Positions 48,492 through 60,414 of a DNA stretch of 64,000 nt are shown one piece after another. A model generated the notes under the pieces. That model saw nothing but the letters and a program-made list of their open reading frames with translations, had not been told where the DNA came from and did not search any database. The position numbers and the translations under genes are program-made. Source of the DNA: Takakia lepidozioides. Taxonomy: Eukaryota > Plantae > Bryophyta. The DNA is taken from assembly GCA_030704615.1 (NCBI GenBank), contig CM060732.1, positions 6,758,001 through 6,822,000 on the forward strand, given 5' to 3'. The first letter of the stretch is position 1; each line of letters starts with the position of its first letter.

Positions 48492-49554
48492 TGTCGCGCG
48501 GCTTTTCCTCACCCATCCCTTCGCTATTCGAGGCGGAAACTCCAAGATAGAAGAGTTGAAAATCTCTAAGTACTCAGCCCGCTCAAACAATCAGTCATGA
48601 CCTACAGCTAGTGTATCATGGGGGTGTTTCCTATTTGTTTCCCCCTTTTGGTATTCATGTTAGCTATCTTACCCTTGATAATTAAGTATCAGTTTGCTTT
48701 ATCAATCATTTGATTCCATCAACTCATCCATTCATTTCACAGCTTCACTCAGATCTCTCTACACAGTGTGATTGTATCGTAAAAGTATCCGATTATGATT
48801 TATCAGGTATCAGGCCGAAGCCATTGTGTATCTAATCTACTCTACAATATCATTACAGCCTTGCATATATCAAGCATCTACTCATCATCTCTCTATCTTC
48901 ACTTCCGTTCTTCATCTTTGCCCGATCTCCCCTCTCCTCCTGACCAAGAAGTCCTCCTCCGAATGATACCCTCGATTCCCCGTTTTCCCCTTTATCTCCT
49001 ATCCGTGGTTTCTAACCCGTTTCCCTCACTAACCGTCGTCTGTGAACTAACATGTTCCCTTCGCAGGTGTTGTTCCCCACAGTCGTTCCCTGTCCTACTC
49101 TTCGTCCCTATGATCGTGACAGCTGTGTCAACAAGCTGTGACTGGCTGTGTGAAACTGTGACGGGCTGTGACTGCTGTGCGACTGTGTTTGGTTGTGTCG
49201 GGCTGTGACTGGCTGTGTGGCTGTGCTGGCTGTGTCGTGTCGGCTGTGACGACTGTGTCTGTTGTGACGACTGTGACGGGCTGTGTTGGCTGTGTCGCTG
49301 TGTCTGCTGTGACGACTGTGACGGGCTGTGTTGGCTGTGTCGGCTGTGTCTGCTGTGACGACTGTGACGGGCTGTGTTGGCTGTGACGACTGTGACGGGC
49401 TGTGTTGGCTGTGTCGACTGTGACGACTGTGTAACCCCCCTCTACAGTGCGCTGCTGTCACCCCTAAGGCTCCTGTTGGTCTCAGTCTGTGCAAAAATTA
49501 AGGGTACCCTACAGATCCCGTATAAGTGTCTAAGTCCCCGACATTCCTCTAACA
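48492..49554 (-). repeat. 5' LTR (TGTTAG...CGACA) with internal GGCTGTGT/CTGTGAC minisatellite at ~49115-49432
   Basis: TG...CA termini, adjacent PBS, homology to three other LTRs in the window. Confidence 0.9.
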
Positions 49555-50898
49555 ACATCTCCTGACAGTTTCTCCTGAGGGTGGATCCAGCAGTATTCTC
49601 GGTGCAGACAAGAACGTTCGCACTGACAAGTGCCAGGACTGTTAGTTAAAACGGTCAGACAACCAAGTTGTGCTCATCAAGACTGGCCGCAATGTTGTTT
49701 CGGAACAATGCAACCCATTGAGTCCCGATTTCCCGTCCCGAGTGATTCTTTCGATTGCTGGTGGACGGAAATACGGCACCGCATTTCCGTATTGCTTCTT
49801 GGTCATGCACCAGAGCGACGGAAATGCGGCACCGAGTTTCCGTCCGGGGGAAACCTTTATACTCTCCAGAACGGAAATGCGGTAACGCATTTCCATCCAG
49901 CAAGCACGGTATGTGAAGGTGGAACGGAAATGCGGTACCGCATTTCCGTCCGAGTCGCACTTTTCCGACATTCCAGAACGGAAATGCGGCGCCGCATTTC
50001 CATTTTGTATCTGATGCATGGAGCTGAGGGATAGAAATGCTGCAACACATTTCCGTCCTTAAAAGACATTCATACTCTCCATAACGGAAATGCGGTACCG
50101 CATTTCCATCCAACAAGCACGGTATGTGAAGGTGGAACGGAAATGCGGTACCGCATTTCCGTTCTGATTGAGAATTATGAACAACGGGAACAGAAATTCG
50201 GCACCGCATTTCTGTCGGAGTCGCACTTTCCGACATTCCAGAACGGAAATGCGGCGCCGCATTTCCATTTTGTATCTGATGCATGGAGCCGAGTGCGATT
50301 CCGACCGCTTGAGACATTCATACTATCCAGAACGGAAATGCGGTACCGCATTTCCGTTCTGACTGAAAATCGTGAACCATCGGAACTGAAATGCGGCAGC
50401 GCATTTCCATCCGAGTCGCACCTCCCAACATTCCAGAACGGAAATGCGGCACCGCATTTCCGTTCTGATGAAATATCCTGAAACATCGGAACTGAAATGC
50501 GGTACCGCATTTCCGTCGGAGTCGCACCTTCCGACATTCCAAAACGGAAATGCGGCGCGCATTTCCGTTTTGTATGTGAGGCATGGAGCTGTGGAACGAA
50601 AATGCGGCACAGCATTTCCGCCAGCGTCAGACCTTAATACTCTACAGAACGGAAATGCGGTACCGCATTTCCGTTCTGACTGAAAATCGTGCGCAACGGG
50701 AACAGAAAGGCACCGCATTTCCGTCCGAGTCGCACCTTCCGACATTCTAGAACGGAAATGCGGCGCCGCATTTCGGTTTTGTATATGGGGCCTGGAGCTG
50801 TGCTACGGAAATGTGGTGCCGCATTTCCATCCATGTGAGACCTTCAAACTTTCGAGACCGGAAATGCGTCACCGCATTTCTGTCCAGGTGAGACCTCT
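49555..50898. mobile_element. Subfamily-A MULE internal fragment with 53-bp palindrome array (49767-50881)
   Basis: Reverse complement of ~3660-5269 with whole-unit gains and losses. Confidence 0.9.
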
Positions 50899-52536
50899 CT
50901 CTGTGGCTAACAAGGCTCGGAAGGAAGCCAATAATCTGGCTGCTGCATATGCGAATTTGGTTGAACCTCATGCAAAGCGCATGGAGGCTTTACAGCAGCA
51001 GATAGATGTGTACAGGCTCACAGAGGAATAGACTCTCAGGGGTGCCACAAGCAACTTGGTGGATAACCACTTCTGCAGGTCTGGTTAGCACAAGGACCGG
51101 TGGAAGGCAAAGCACCACAGAAGCTCACCCAAGGCGAGAGGAATGAGCTCAGACTGCAGATGCAGAACATTGCCACAACTACTATAGACAATGTCTATAG
51201 TAGGATAGCGGAGTTACAGGAAGATATAGACGGCCTTCAAACTCAGGGGGAGGACCTCACTTCAAATATCGACAAGAGAATCTTTGTATCTGAGGAGCAG
51301 CTGATGGCTTCTTATTTACAAGCCAGAACTCTAGCTTTTCAGTCTTCTTCGCAGGGGTTGCAGGAGATGCCAATGGTACAAGAGCCAGTGCTACCAATAC
51401 CACAACAAGTGACTGTGCCACTAGCTGACCCAATTGTTACTACAGCCACACCACAGCCGCCACAACCTGAGGTATGGGGGGATGCTACTTTCAACCCACC
51501 TAAAACTCCTGCTGCACGGGAGCACAGTCGGGCTATGATTATGCCCTTCAACCAAATTCCCATTGTGTTGGATTTGGCTTGGAAGGAATTTAGTCCTCCG
51601 CAGTCGTTGGCACATTACTATCAAATCATGCGCATTTGGCTGCCAGTGGCAACTAGGACTAAAGTTCTTCCGAACAATCGATCAATTGAAGATCATCACT
51701 TTGCGCAGTATTGGCATGAGGCAAGTACCATGTTGAAGGAATTAATTGCCTTCCAAGTTGTACATGGATTCATTTATACCAAGACCAAAGAGGTAGCAAG
51801 TATTGTCATGGGCTGCGGGTTATACTACGCTGCTTGTTTTCTGGCACGTTATCACATTGAGCAACAGAAGATGCAAACGCGCAATCTGAGTTATTCCAGT
51901 GGGGATCATTGGGTCTTACCTTCAGTGCCACCTCATATGTACCTATATGCGGCAAAAGTTATGATGCAAAATGATTCTCAGATTCGTTCATGGTTTCATG
52001 CGGCCTGGAACAATTTGTCAACACAGAAATTCGGCCCTGACGATATTTTCTTTAAGGGACATGAGGCATGGAAAAACTTGCACAATTCACAAGTCATTGG
52101 TACCCCACTCACCTGGACAGACAAGGAGCTCAGGGTCTTCACCAATTTTACAATTCAGCGCTTACAACAAGTTTTACAGTTTAAACTTCCAGACATGGTG
52201 GGACAACATTGTATGCCCCAGAGAATTCCAGTTAGAGTTTGACCGTTAAAACACCTCAGGGGGGACGAGGATTCTGATACTACTGTTTCTTCAGCGGACT
52301 CTTTTGACATGGCAGAGGACTATGCAATTCAGATGGCAGAGAAGAAGCAACGGGGGTCTCCTATGCCTAAAAGATTACCTCGATATCAGCCTCCAGAGGG
52401 ACTGACATATCCAGGTAGTGTTCAATCATCTCCGTCAACCAGTGACAGACCTCGGGCTCGCACACAGAGTCCTTCACGAGACTCTCAACGTCAGAAGGGT
52501 GCTCGCTCACAAAGGTTTGCTAATCCCAAACAGTAA
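50899..52536 (+). pseudogene. Extra sense ORF in the 3' region of a Tat-like element (coiled-coil-like N-part, unknown function)
   Basis: ORF 51100-52242 plus 52309-52536. The copy at 63545-64000 reads through the 52240 stop (W). Ends just before the PPT. Confidence 0.7.
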
Positions 52537-52574
52537 ACCGTGAGGACACGGCTTTTTGAGAGGGGAAGGGGTAA

Positions 52575-53558
52575 TGTTAGAGGACTGCCAGGGACTTAAG
52601 GCACTTTTATGAGTTATGTGGGGTCTGGGACTTAGACATTTTTATGGGTTCCAAAGGGTACCCTTATTTTTTACATAGACCAGTCACAGCCCGTCACAGT
52701 CACAGAGCCAGTCACAGCTTAACACAGCCGACACAGCCCGTCACAGTCACACAGCCAGTCACAGCTTAACACAGCTGACACAGCCCGACACAGTCGCACA
52801 GCCAGTCACAGCTCGACACAGCCCGACACAGCCCGACACAGCCCGACACAGCCAGTCACAGCCCGCCACAGCCTGATACAGCCAGTCACAGCTCGGCACA
52901 ACTGGGGAACAGTTACCATTGGCAGGGATCGACTGTGGGGGAACGACATCTGAAAAAGGAACGTGTACTACAGAGATAATGGTTAGTTAGGAAAGCGGTT
53001 AGAACGGCTAGTAAAGAGATAAAGCGGGAAGCGGGGACATCGGGGGGGATCACTTCTGGGGGAAGAGGATCACTTCTGGAAGGCCTTGGGGGGGGATCAC
53101 AACTTGGAAAGGAAGCGGAGAGCGCATCTCTGAGTAGAAAGAGAGAGAGCACGGAGTAGGAGGAGAACGATTTGTTGATACTTGCTGAATGCAAGAAGTA
53201 GAGTTGTAATGTAGAGCAGAATAGAGACACCATGGCTTCAGCCTGATACTTGATAGATATTAATCTGATACATACTTCATACTCACACTGTGTAGAGAGA
53301 CCTGAGTGAAGCTGTGGAATGAATGGATGGAACTTGATAGATTTCTTAAGCAAAGTGATACTTAATTACAGATAGTAAGGTAACTCGCTAACATGAATGC
53401 GGGAAGGAGTACAAATAGGAAACAACCCCATGATACACTAGCTGTAGGTCATGACTGATTGTTCTGAGCGGGCCGAGTGCTTAGAGATTTCCAACTCTTC
53501 TATCTTGGAGTTCCCACCTCGGATAGCGAAGAGATGGGTAAGTAAAAGCCGCGCGACA
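52575..53558 (+). repeat. 3' LTR of Tat-like copy 2, preceded by PPT (52558-52574) and followed by TTCAG
   Basis: GAGAGGGGAAGGGGTAA then TGTTAG...CGACA. Near-identical to 59413-60414 in reverse complement. Confidence 0.92.
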
Positions 53559-54182
53559 TTCAGGCCGCACTTTGGCTTGTCTCTCATGGGCGGAGGGTAA
53601 AGTAGTAACAATCTTAACCTTTTTGCCGGGCTTCTTTGGTTTGGTGCGTTCAAAATCGGTGTCGGACCCACTACGGCTAGTCCTCTTCACAGGGGCAGCC
53701 ACTTGTGAAGCTGCAGGCGCATCAGGCTTCCGTTTTCTTGCGCCTCTGGGCTGCTGCTGTTGATCAATAGGGGACACGTCGTCTCCTGGTACACGCCGCG
53801 CTTCAGGGTTTGTACACCCTCTCAACCTCTCCACAAAATGAGTAACCTGCTTCGGGAACTCGGCAGCGGGCCAGGGTTTTAGTGGCAACTCAACCTCGTC
53901 CCAACCATCCACCATGTTCAACCAAGGACAACCCTCCCCATCAATGACATGCCTATTCAACCTAACCTTATCCTTCATGGGCCGCCCACAAAACTTGCAC
54001 TTATAGGGATTCCTTTGTTTCGCGCCATCACGAACTCTGAGGTCCGCCTCTGCCTCCACTATCATCTCCTCCCACTTAGTTGGCGTATACCAGAAAGGAA
54101 CCTCATCCCTTTTCTTAGGCTTGTGCCAAAAAACCAGCATACCATTCTCCGGGGGAACAACCTTAGGCCTAGTCTTCGCCAT
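53559..54182 (-). pseudogene. 5' part of an unknown gene with a C2H2/C2HC-like zinc finger, interrupted by the LTR element
   Basis: MAKTRPK...YKCKFCGRPMKDKVRLNRHVIDGEGC...KVRPE. Joins in frame to 60420 onward through the TSD. Confidence 0.6.
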
Positions 54183-55309
54183 CGGCAACGAGCACACGAC
54201 GCCGAAATACACAAAAGATAAAGCAAGGAACAGAAGCCAGAGAAAACAAGGAAGAGCACACAGATTGCAACGAACAAAAGGAAAACACAACGCATAGACA
54301 GCAAAGAGGATATGAGTAGAGCAGCTGAAAAACCACAACGAAGAGCCGCCACCGAAGAGTCGCTTCGCGAGGAAGACATTCCGCACGTGCAATGTACCTA
54401 GGGGAGCGGGCACGTGGGGGAGCAGGGGAACAGTTGAGGGACACGTAGCGACAACACTAAACTGGGGATCACTGATGCCGACACGTGGGGAGATCTGGGT
54501 GGTCATAAGGGGGAGCAGGCATGGGGAGATGTGAAGGGGGAGCGAACCCCTAGGCAGTGTTAGAACATGGGGATCAAAGTAGGGGGACCAAACACGTGGG
54601 GGGATGTTAGTAGAGGGGAGCAGACAAGTGCGAAGAGTACTGGAGGTGACATGCATGGCGATTCTGTGGTCAGGGAGGTGACACGTGGGCAGAAAAGATA
54701 GGGGGAGCGGCGGGGGGGGGACCAGACAGTGGGGGAGCAGAAACTCGGGAGGGATTGGATGTTTGGGGTTTTGCAAGTGAGGGATTGAGGGAGGGAGACA
54801 ACTCATGAGAGGAAGGGGACCAAAACTGCAAGGGCAGGGAACATGAGAAGAGACCGTTGTGTAGGACGAGTAAAACACCATGCTAGGTCGAAAAAAAAAT
54901 CCCTATAAGTGCATGCATTATGAGCTGGCCGGTATACAACCATCTTGGACTCTGCAACCTCCATCAATCCTATTCAGCTACTCGATATGTAACCATGTTC
55001 GATTTTGCAACACACAGATGTTTACATATCAATCTAGCAAGGTAAGTAGTATGAAAAAGCAAACATGAAGTTGAGGCTGAAGGTTAATATGCGAAAGCTA
55101 CTATAGTTACAGATCCTCATCCCCCTGTACATGGGATTGGTGCAGCCTACGCCAATCCTCTACTTCAGCTTTCAAAACAACAAACAATAGACAAAAAAGA
55201 GGAAAACAAGAAAGAACAACAAAAGAAGAACAACAAGAAGAAGAAAACCCCCTGTACGCATTGTATGCAAGACGTTCGTCGCAAGAGAATCACAAACGCC
55301 GTAGAGCGC

Positions 55310-58300
55310 AACTTAGCCTCAGCCAACTTCTTGATCTCTTCTCCAACCTTCTGTGCATAGTTGGGATTCATTCTATACCTCACCTGCTTGATTGGTACTG
55401 ACCCTGATTCCAGTTCAATCTTATGCTGACAGATCTCAGGTGGTATCCCTTTTAGATCCTCGTAGCTCCAAGCAAATACATCTCTGTATTTGATGAACAA
55501 ACTTTAGCTTCTTCAAAGAATTCTGGCTCCAAATCAGCTCCTACCTTCACCATCCTCGGTTCCTCTTTAGTTCCCACATTCACTTCCCTCACCTGCTCAT
55601 CAGCTGTGATTGTCCAACCAGTCACCACTTCATCCTGTAAACTCACAGTGGATGGTTCCTCTAGGATTTCCATTTCTCCTTCTCTTTCTTCATAGAAATG
55701 TGATGGGTAACTGTTGGTTTCCTCTTCAATTGGTGTTGGTGACACTACACCACAGCAGATACCTCTTAAACAACTTAGGCCTTCCAGCCGCATCTCTGCA
55801 ACCTGCTCCCACTCTGGGTGTGCAGCAAACAGGGTAGCTTCCTGCTCCTCATCCAGTCCTCCCCTCCAGTCATACTCTCTGATCCCTCGAGGTCTTCTCG
55901 TAGCAAGTAATCTACTAGATTTCTTTGTGGTAATTTGTATCTCGTGCATCCCATTATGCACGGTTAGTAACTGAGAATTCCAGTCATGGAATACCCTGGC
56001 CTGTTCCAGCCACGGACGTCCCAATAATAAAGAGTAAGCCTCCATGACTACATCCATCTTCAACACAGTTACTGTGATCATAAAGATCATCTTCTGTATC
56101 TGTATCTTAACTCCTCTTATCAATCCCAATGGCTGTACACTCCTTTGATCTGCCATTGTTACTGTAAATGGGGCTGGTTTCATGTTACTTAGACCAAGCT
56201 TCTTTCTTAATTGGTCTGTCATGATATTTACTCCAGAGCCTCCATCTATCAGTACATCAGTTAGTTCCGTGTTTCCAATTCTCAATTGGATTACTGGCAT
56301 AGAATCATCAAAGTCCATGACTGTTTCTCGTCCTTCCGGCTTCACATTATAACTGGTCACCGTGCTGTTCAAGTCTGTGTTTCCTGTCTCGTGGGCAATT
56401 CGATTGATTGCTTGATACAGCCTATGTCTACAATAAGGTGCCACAGCCAATAGCTGTCCAATGGTAATCTCTACTTTGGTCTGGCATATTACTTCAGCCA
56501 AAGTCCCTTCATTACTTTGCATGTCTGCAACTTCTTTCCTCCTTTCATCCTCACTCACTTCTTCTTCTCCATCAGAATCAGAGGAGTCTGCCACAGGAAT
56601 ATCAGTACTCTTCTGCATTTCCCTTATGGTATCTGCCACTTCCTTGTGCAGTTCCTTCTCATCTCTCCAAGCCTCATCATCTTCAGGCATATCACTGCCA
56701 CCTTCATTATCATCATCTTCCTCAACTACTGGAGGTATTTGTTTGGCTTTGCTTCTTGTTACTATCATTGTACTTACTTCTGGTACAACACATGGCCTAA
56801 CCATGTGAGCTGCCACCACTGGGCCCTCATTCAGAGGAGCTCTCATCTCATTCTGGTGTCTAATCCAGAATGAACAGGCTGCCTTGCGATGTCTTGGCTG
56901 ATTACAATAGTAACACAGTTCTTCACCATTGGGTCCTCGCCCTTGGTCTGCTCTTGGATTATTTCTGTAATCCTGATTCCCTGGCTGGTCATTCCCCCTT
57001 GGATTACCCTGATAGTTGCCTCTGGAATTTCCTGGGTAATTCCTTCTTGAATTACCTCTCCTTCCATGCCATTGTTATAACCACCAGGCCTACCATAGTG
57101 GTCCTGATCATTGTTTCTTCTTGGTTGGGGCTGCACTTGATGCACCCTTACTTGCCTACGTTCTCTTGCAGCTGTCCTTCTGTTGTAGTGACAATTCTCA
57201 GTATAATGGTTATCCATTTTACAGATAGTACAATGTTTCTCCTTCATGTGGCATTCAGTGGTGGTATGGCCTTCATTCTGGCACTTTGCACACCAAACAC
57301 CCTTCCTCCAATGTGTTGCAGCCTCTGTGGCATACTTCTTCAAGATTTCTTCTAATCTTTTCTCATAGTTATCCCTCTTCAACTTCTCCTTTCTCTTACT
57401 CTTCCTTTTCAGTTCTTGCTCTTCTTCTTCATCTGACTCATCCTCAGAGTCCTCATCATCCCTTTTCTCTCTCCTGAGCATTCCCAATTGCTCAATTCTG
57501 TTTGCCGTTTCAAATGCCTCCTCCACTGTATTATGGGGTAACATATCCACTTTCTTCTGCAACTCTGGTCTTAGTCCACTCACAAACCAAGTCTTCTGTA
57601 AACCTGGTGCTGGTACAATAGCCAGCTTTTTCATCATCAATTCCATCTTTTCCATATACTCCTCAACAGTTTCATGCTTCTTTTGCTTTAATTGTTGTAA
57701 ACTTCCATACACTTCATCCTCAGTTTTACTTGTCCTGAACCTATTTCAGAATGCTGTATTCAAGCCATTCCAGGTTAGGAAATGATTATCAGAGAATCTT
57801 GCATACCATTCACTTGCTTTCTTGATAAGTGAACAAGGAAACAATCTCATCTTGGCATCATCGCCATTCTCATTGTTCACTATACACATGTGCTCAAATT
57901 GGCTAATGTGTACATCGGGATCCCCTTTTCCTGAATATATTGGAAAAGGTGGTTTTGCCCGTGTTGGTTGTAACGCCATCTGTGGCCCTACCTTCTGCCC
58001 ACTGACAGGTGCTTGCACCCTTGCTGGTGCTGGTCCTTCAGGACCTGTTGTTGTTGTGGTGGATCTTCCACCAAGTGGTGGCCCCTGAGCACTCCCTGCT
58101 ACTGGCCCCACGATATTCACAGTATTCCCAGCTCCAGTTGCACTACTTCCCACACTCCCCGTCCCCCGAGAGCCATATCCAGGCAGCCCGCCTGATCCCC
58201 CTGAGCCGACACCTTCGTTGGCCTGTGATCCAAGTGCTCCACTTGATCCAGGTCCAACGGGTTGGGATGTCCTGGTTGTAGTCTCAACCTCAGCTGTTGG

Positions 58301-58810
58301 GTCTACTTCTTCATACTCTTCCTCTTCCAATTTCTTCTCTCTATTTTCATCCTCCAAGTTCTGCCCTTGGGTTTCTTCTTCACTCATGTAACTCAACTGC
58401 AATGGTGTTGGAGAGTCTGAACTCTCCGTTGGTTCTGCCACATCCTCTCCTCCTTCTTCACCTTCCGCTTCAGAAACTGGAGTTCCTGCTTTTGGTGTTC
58501 CATGCCAACTCTTATCAAAGATTTCTGTCAAATCTTTTATCCAGGGATGTACCTCAGATCTTTCACCTCATGATTGATCTTCTTCCCGTACCAATTCCCT
58601 TAATCTTTCTTGCAAAGAAAAAGAAGGAGTGGCATCCAACTCTAGTTCTTCCGGTATGGGTGATGTACTCTCTGATCTTAATGGTGTGAGAGGTCCAGAT
58701 GATTCCCCTATGTCTATTCCTCTCTCCCAAAGATATGGATAATTAGCTTTCAGATAGCTTTCTCTTTTTGCTGAATATCTCTGGAGTCTAGCTTGTCTTT
58801 CATCACTCAT
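55310..58810 (-). pseudogene. gag: gag-protease-start of RT of Tat-like copy 2 (frameshifted, truncated at 55310)
   Basis: PPFPIYSGKGDPDVHI, LKQKKHETVEEY, CAKCQNEGHTTTEC and CTICKMDNHYTENC zinc knuckles, VLIDGGSGVNIM, LLLGRPWL, DVFAWSYEDLKGI. Confidence 0.9.
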
Positions 58811-58833
58811 GTCCCATGTGTTTAATTTCTTTT

Positions 58834-59390
58834 AATGTGGCAATAACCAAAACTATCTTCTGTAATATCTCTCGTATATGCCTAGGTTTCTCTCAAGCTT
58901 CAATGTTCCTCTGGATATACTAAAAGTCTCCGTTACCATATACCCATATGGTAAACAAGTCTGGAAAGCTGTTCTTGGTGTGCGTTTGATCCACAAAATA
59001 TCCTTTGGAATCCAATTCTTTACCAGTACAAGCTCTTCATGCATATGAGTATAAACATTCACCTTTCTTTCCTCCCAGCCTTCAAACTCTACTTGCTTAA
59101 TGGATAGCAATGCTATCACATAAACCAGTGCCAACGTGCTCTTCCTCTACAGGCCACCTGATAAATCTTTATCACTCCTTTCTCCAGACCCCATTCAGGG
59201 TCAGCATCATGCACTCTCTTAAGAATGTTTTCTTTACAACCGTCTGGCAATTCCAAGAACCTCTGAAAGAATCGTTTGGACAATCTTTCCTTCTCAGTTT
59301 CACAGGGAATTTGATTCACATCAAATTCTTTAATTCTCCATCCACCATGATCCCACCAGATGCCTGTCACATCTGGTTGTTCATGTCCCA
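58834..59390 (-). pseudogene. Leader ORF between PBS and gag (Ogre-like position)
   Basis: GIWWDHGGW...CLPYGYMV...YERYYRREFW conserved in copy 1 (47918-48470) and in the filler at ~14630-14945. Confidence 0.5.
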
Positions 59391-59412
59391 GTTCCCCAGT
59401 ATGGTCGCCAAA

Positions 59413-60414
59413 TGTTACGCGGCTTTTACTCACCCATCCCTTCGCTATCCGAGGTGGGAACTCCAAGATAGAAGAGTTGGAAATCTCTAAGCACTCAGCC
59501 CGCTCAGAACAATCAGTCATGACCTACAGCTAGTGTATCATGGGGTTGTTTCCTATTTGTACTCCTTCCCGCATTCATGTTAGCGAGTTACCTTACTATT
59601 TGCAATTAAGTATCAGTTTGTTTCAGAAATCTATCAAGTTCCATCCATTCATTCCACAGCTTCACTCAGGTCTCTCTACAAAGTGTGAGTATGAAGTATG
59701 TATCAGATTAATATCTATCAAGTATCAGGCTGAAGCCATGGTGTCTCTATTCTGCTCTACATTACAACTCTACTTCTTGCATTCAGCAAGTATCAACAGA
59801 TCGTTCTCCTCCTACTCCGTGCTCTCCCTCTTTCTGCTCAGAGATGCGCTCTCCGCTTCCTTTCCAAGTTGTGATCCCCCCCGAAGTCCTTCCAGAAGTG
59901 ATCCTCTTCCCCCAGAAGTGATCCCCCCCGATGTCCCCGCTTCCCGCTTTATCTCCTTACTAGCCGTTCTAACCGCTTTCCTAACTAACCGTTATCTCTG
60001 TAGTACACGTTCATTTTTCAGATGTCGTTCCCCCACAGTCGTTCCCTGCCAATGGTAATTGTTCCCCAGTTGTGCCGAGCTGTGACTGGCTGTATCAGGT
60101 TGTGGCGGGCTGTGACTGGCTGTGTCGGGCTTTGTAGGGCTGTGCGAAGCTGTGGCGGCTGTGTCGGGCTGTGTCGAGCCGTGACTGGCTGTGCGACTGT
60201 GTCAGGCTGTGTCGGCTGTGTTAAGCTGTGACTGGCTGTGTGACTGTGACGGGCTGTGTCGGCTGTGTTAAGCTGTGATTGGCTGTGTGACTGTGACGGG
60301 CTGTGACTGGTCTATGTAAAAAATAAGGGTACCCTTTGGAACCCATAAAAATGTCTAAGTCCCAGACCCCACACAACTCATAAAAGTGCCTAAGTCCCTG
60401 GCAGTCCTCTAACA
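59413..60414 (-). repeat. 5' LTR of Tat-like copy 2 (PBS at 59393-59410; flank CTGAA)
   Basis: TG...CA termini and adjacent PBS. Confidence 0.92.

Larger units (their letters stand above)
44114..49554 (-). mobile_element. Tat/Ogre-like Ty3/Gypsy LTR retrotransposon copy 1 (5' LTR, PBS, leader ORF, gag, protease, RT up to the gap)
   Basis: RT SFMDGFSGYNQ, VMPFGLCNAPATFQR, FLDDF; protease VLIDGGSGVNIM; gag from 47896. Inserted into a subfamily-A MULE fragment. Confidence 0.88.

Noticed and set aside
54183-54881. N-terminal half of the 466-aa ORF 53481-54881
   Set aside because: Pro/Leu/Cys-rich translation of G-rich repeats; the plausible start is ATG 54182 and the last codons come from the LTR.
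59540-60058. MGLFPICTPS ORF (also 62594-63025, 52913-53353)
   Set aside because: Lies within LTRs, antisense to the element; its recurrence reflects LTR identity and it is not preserved in the 48492-49554 LTR.
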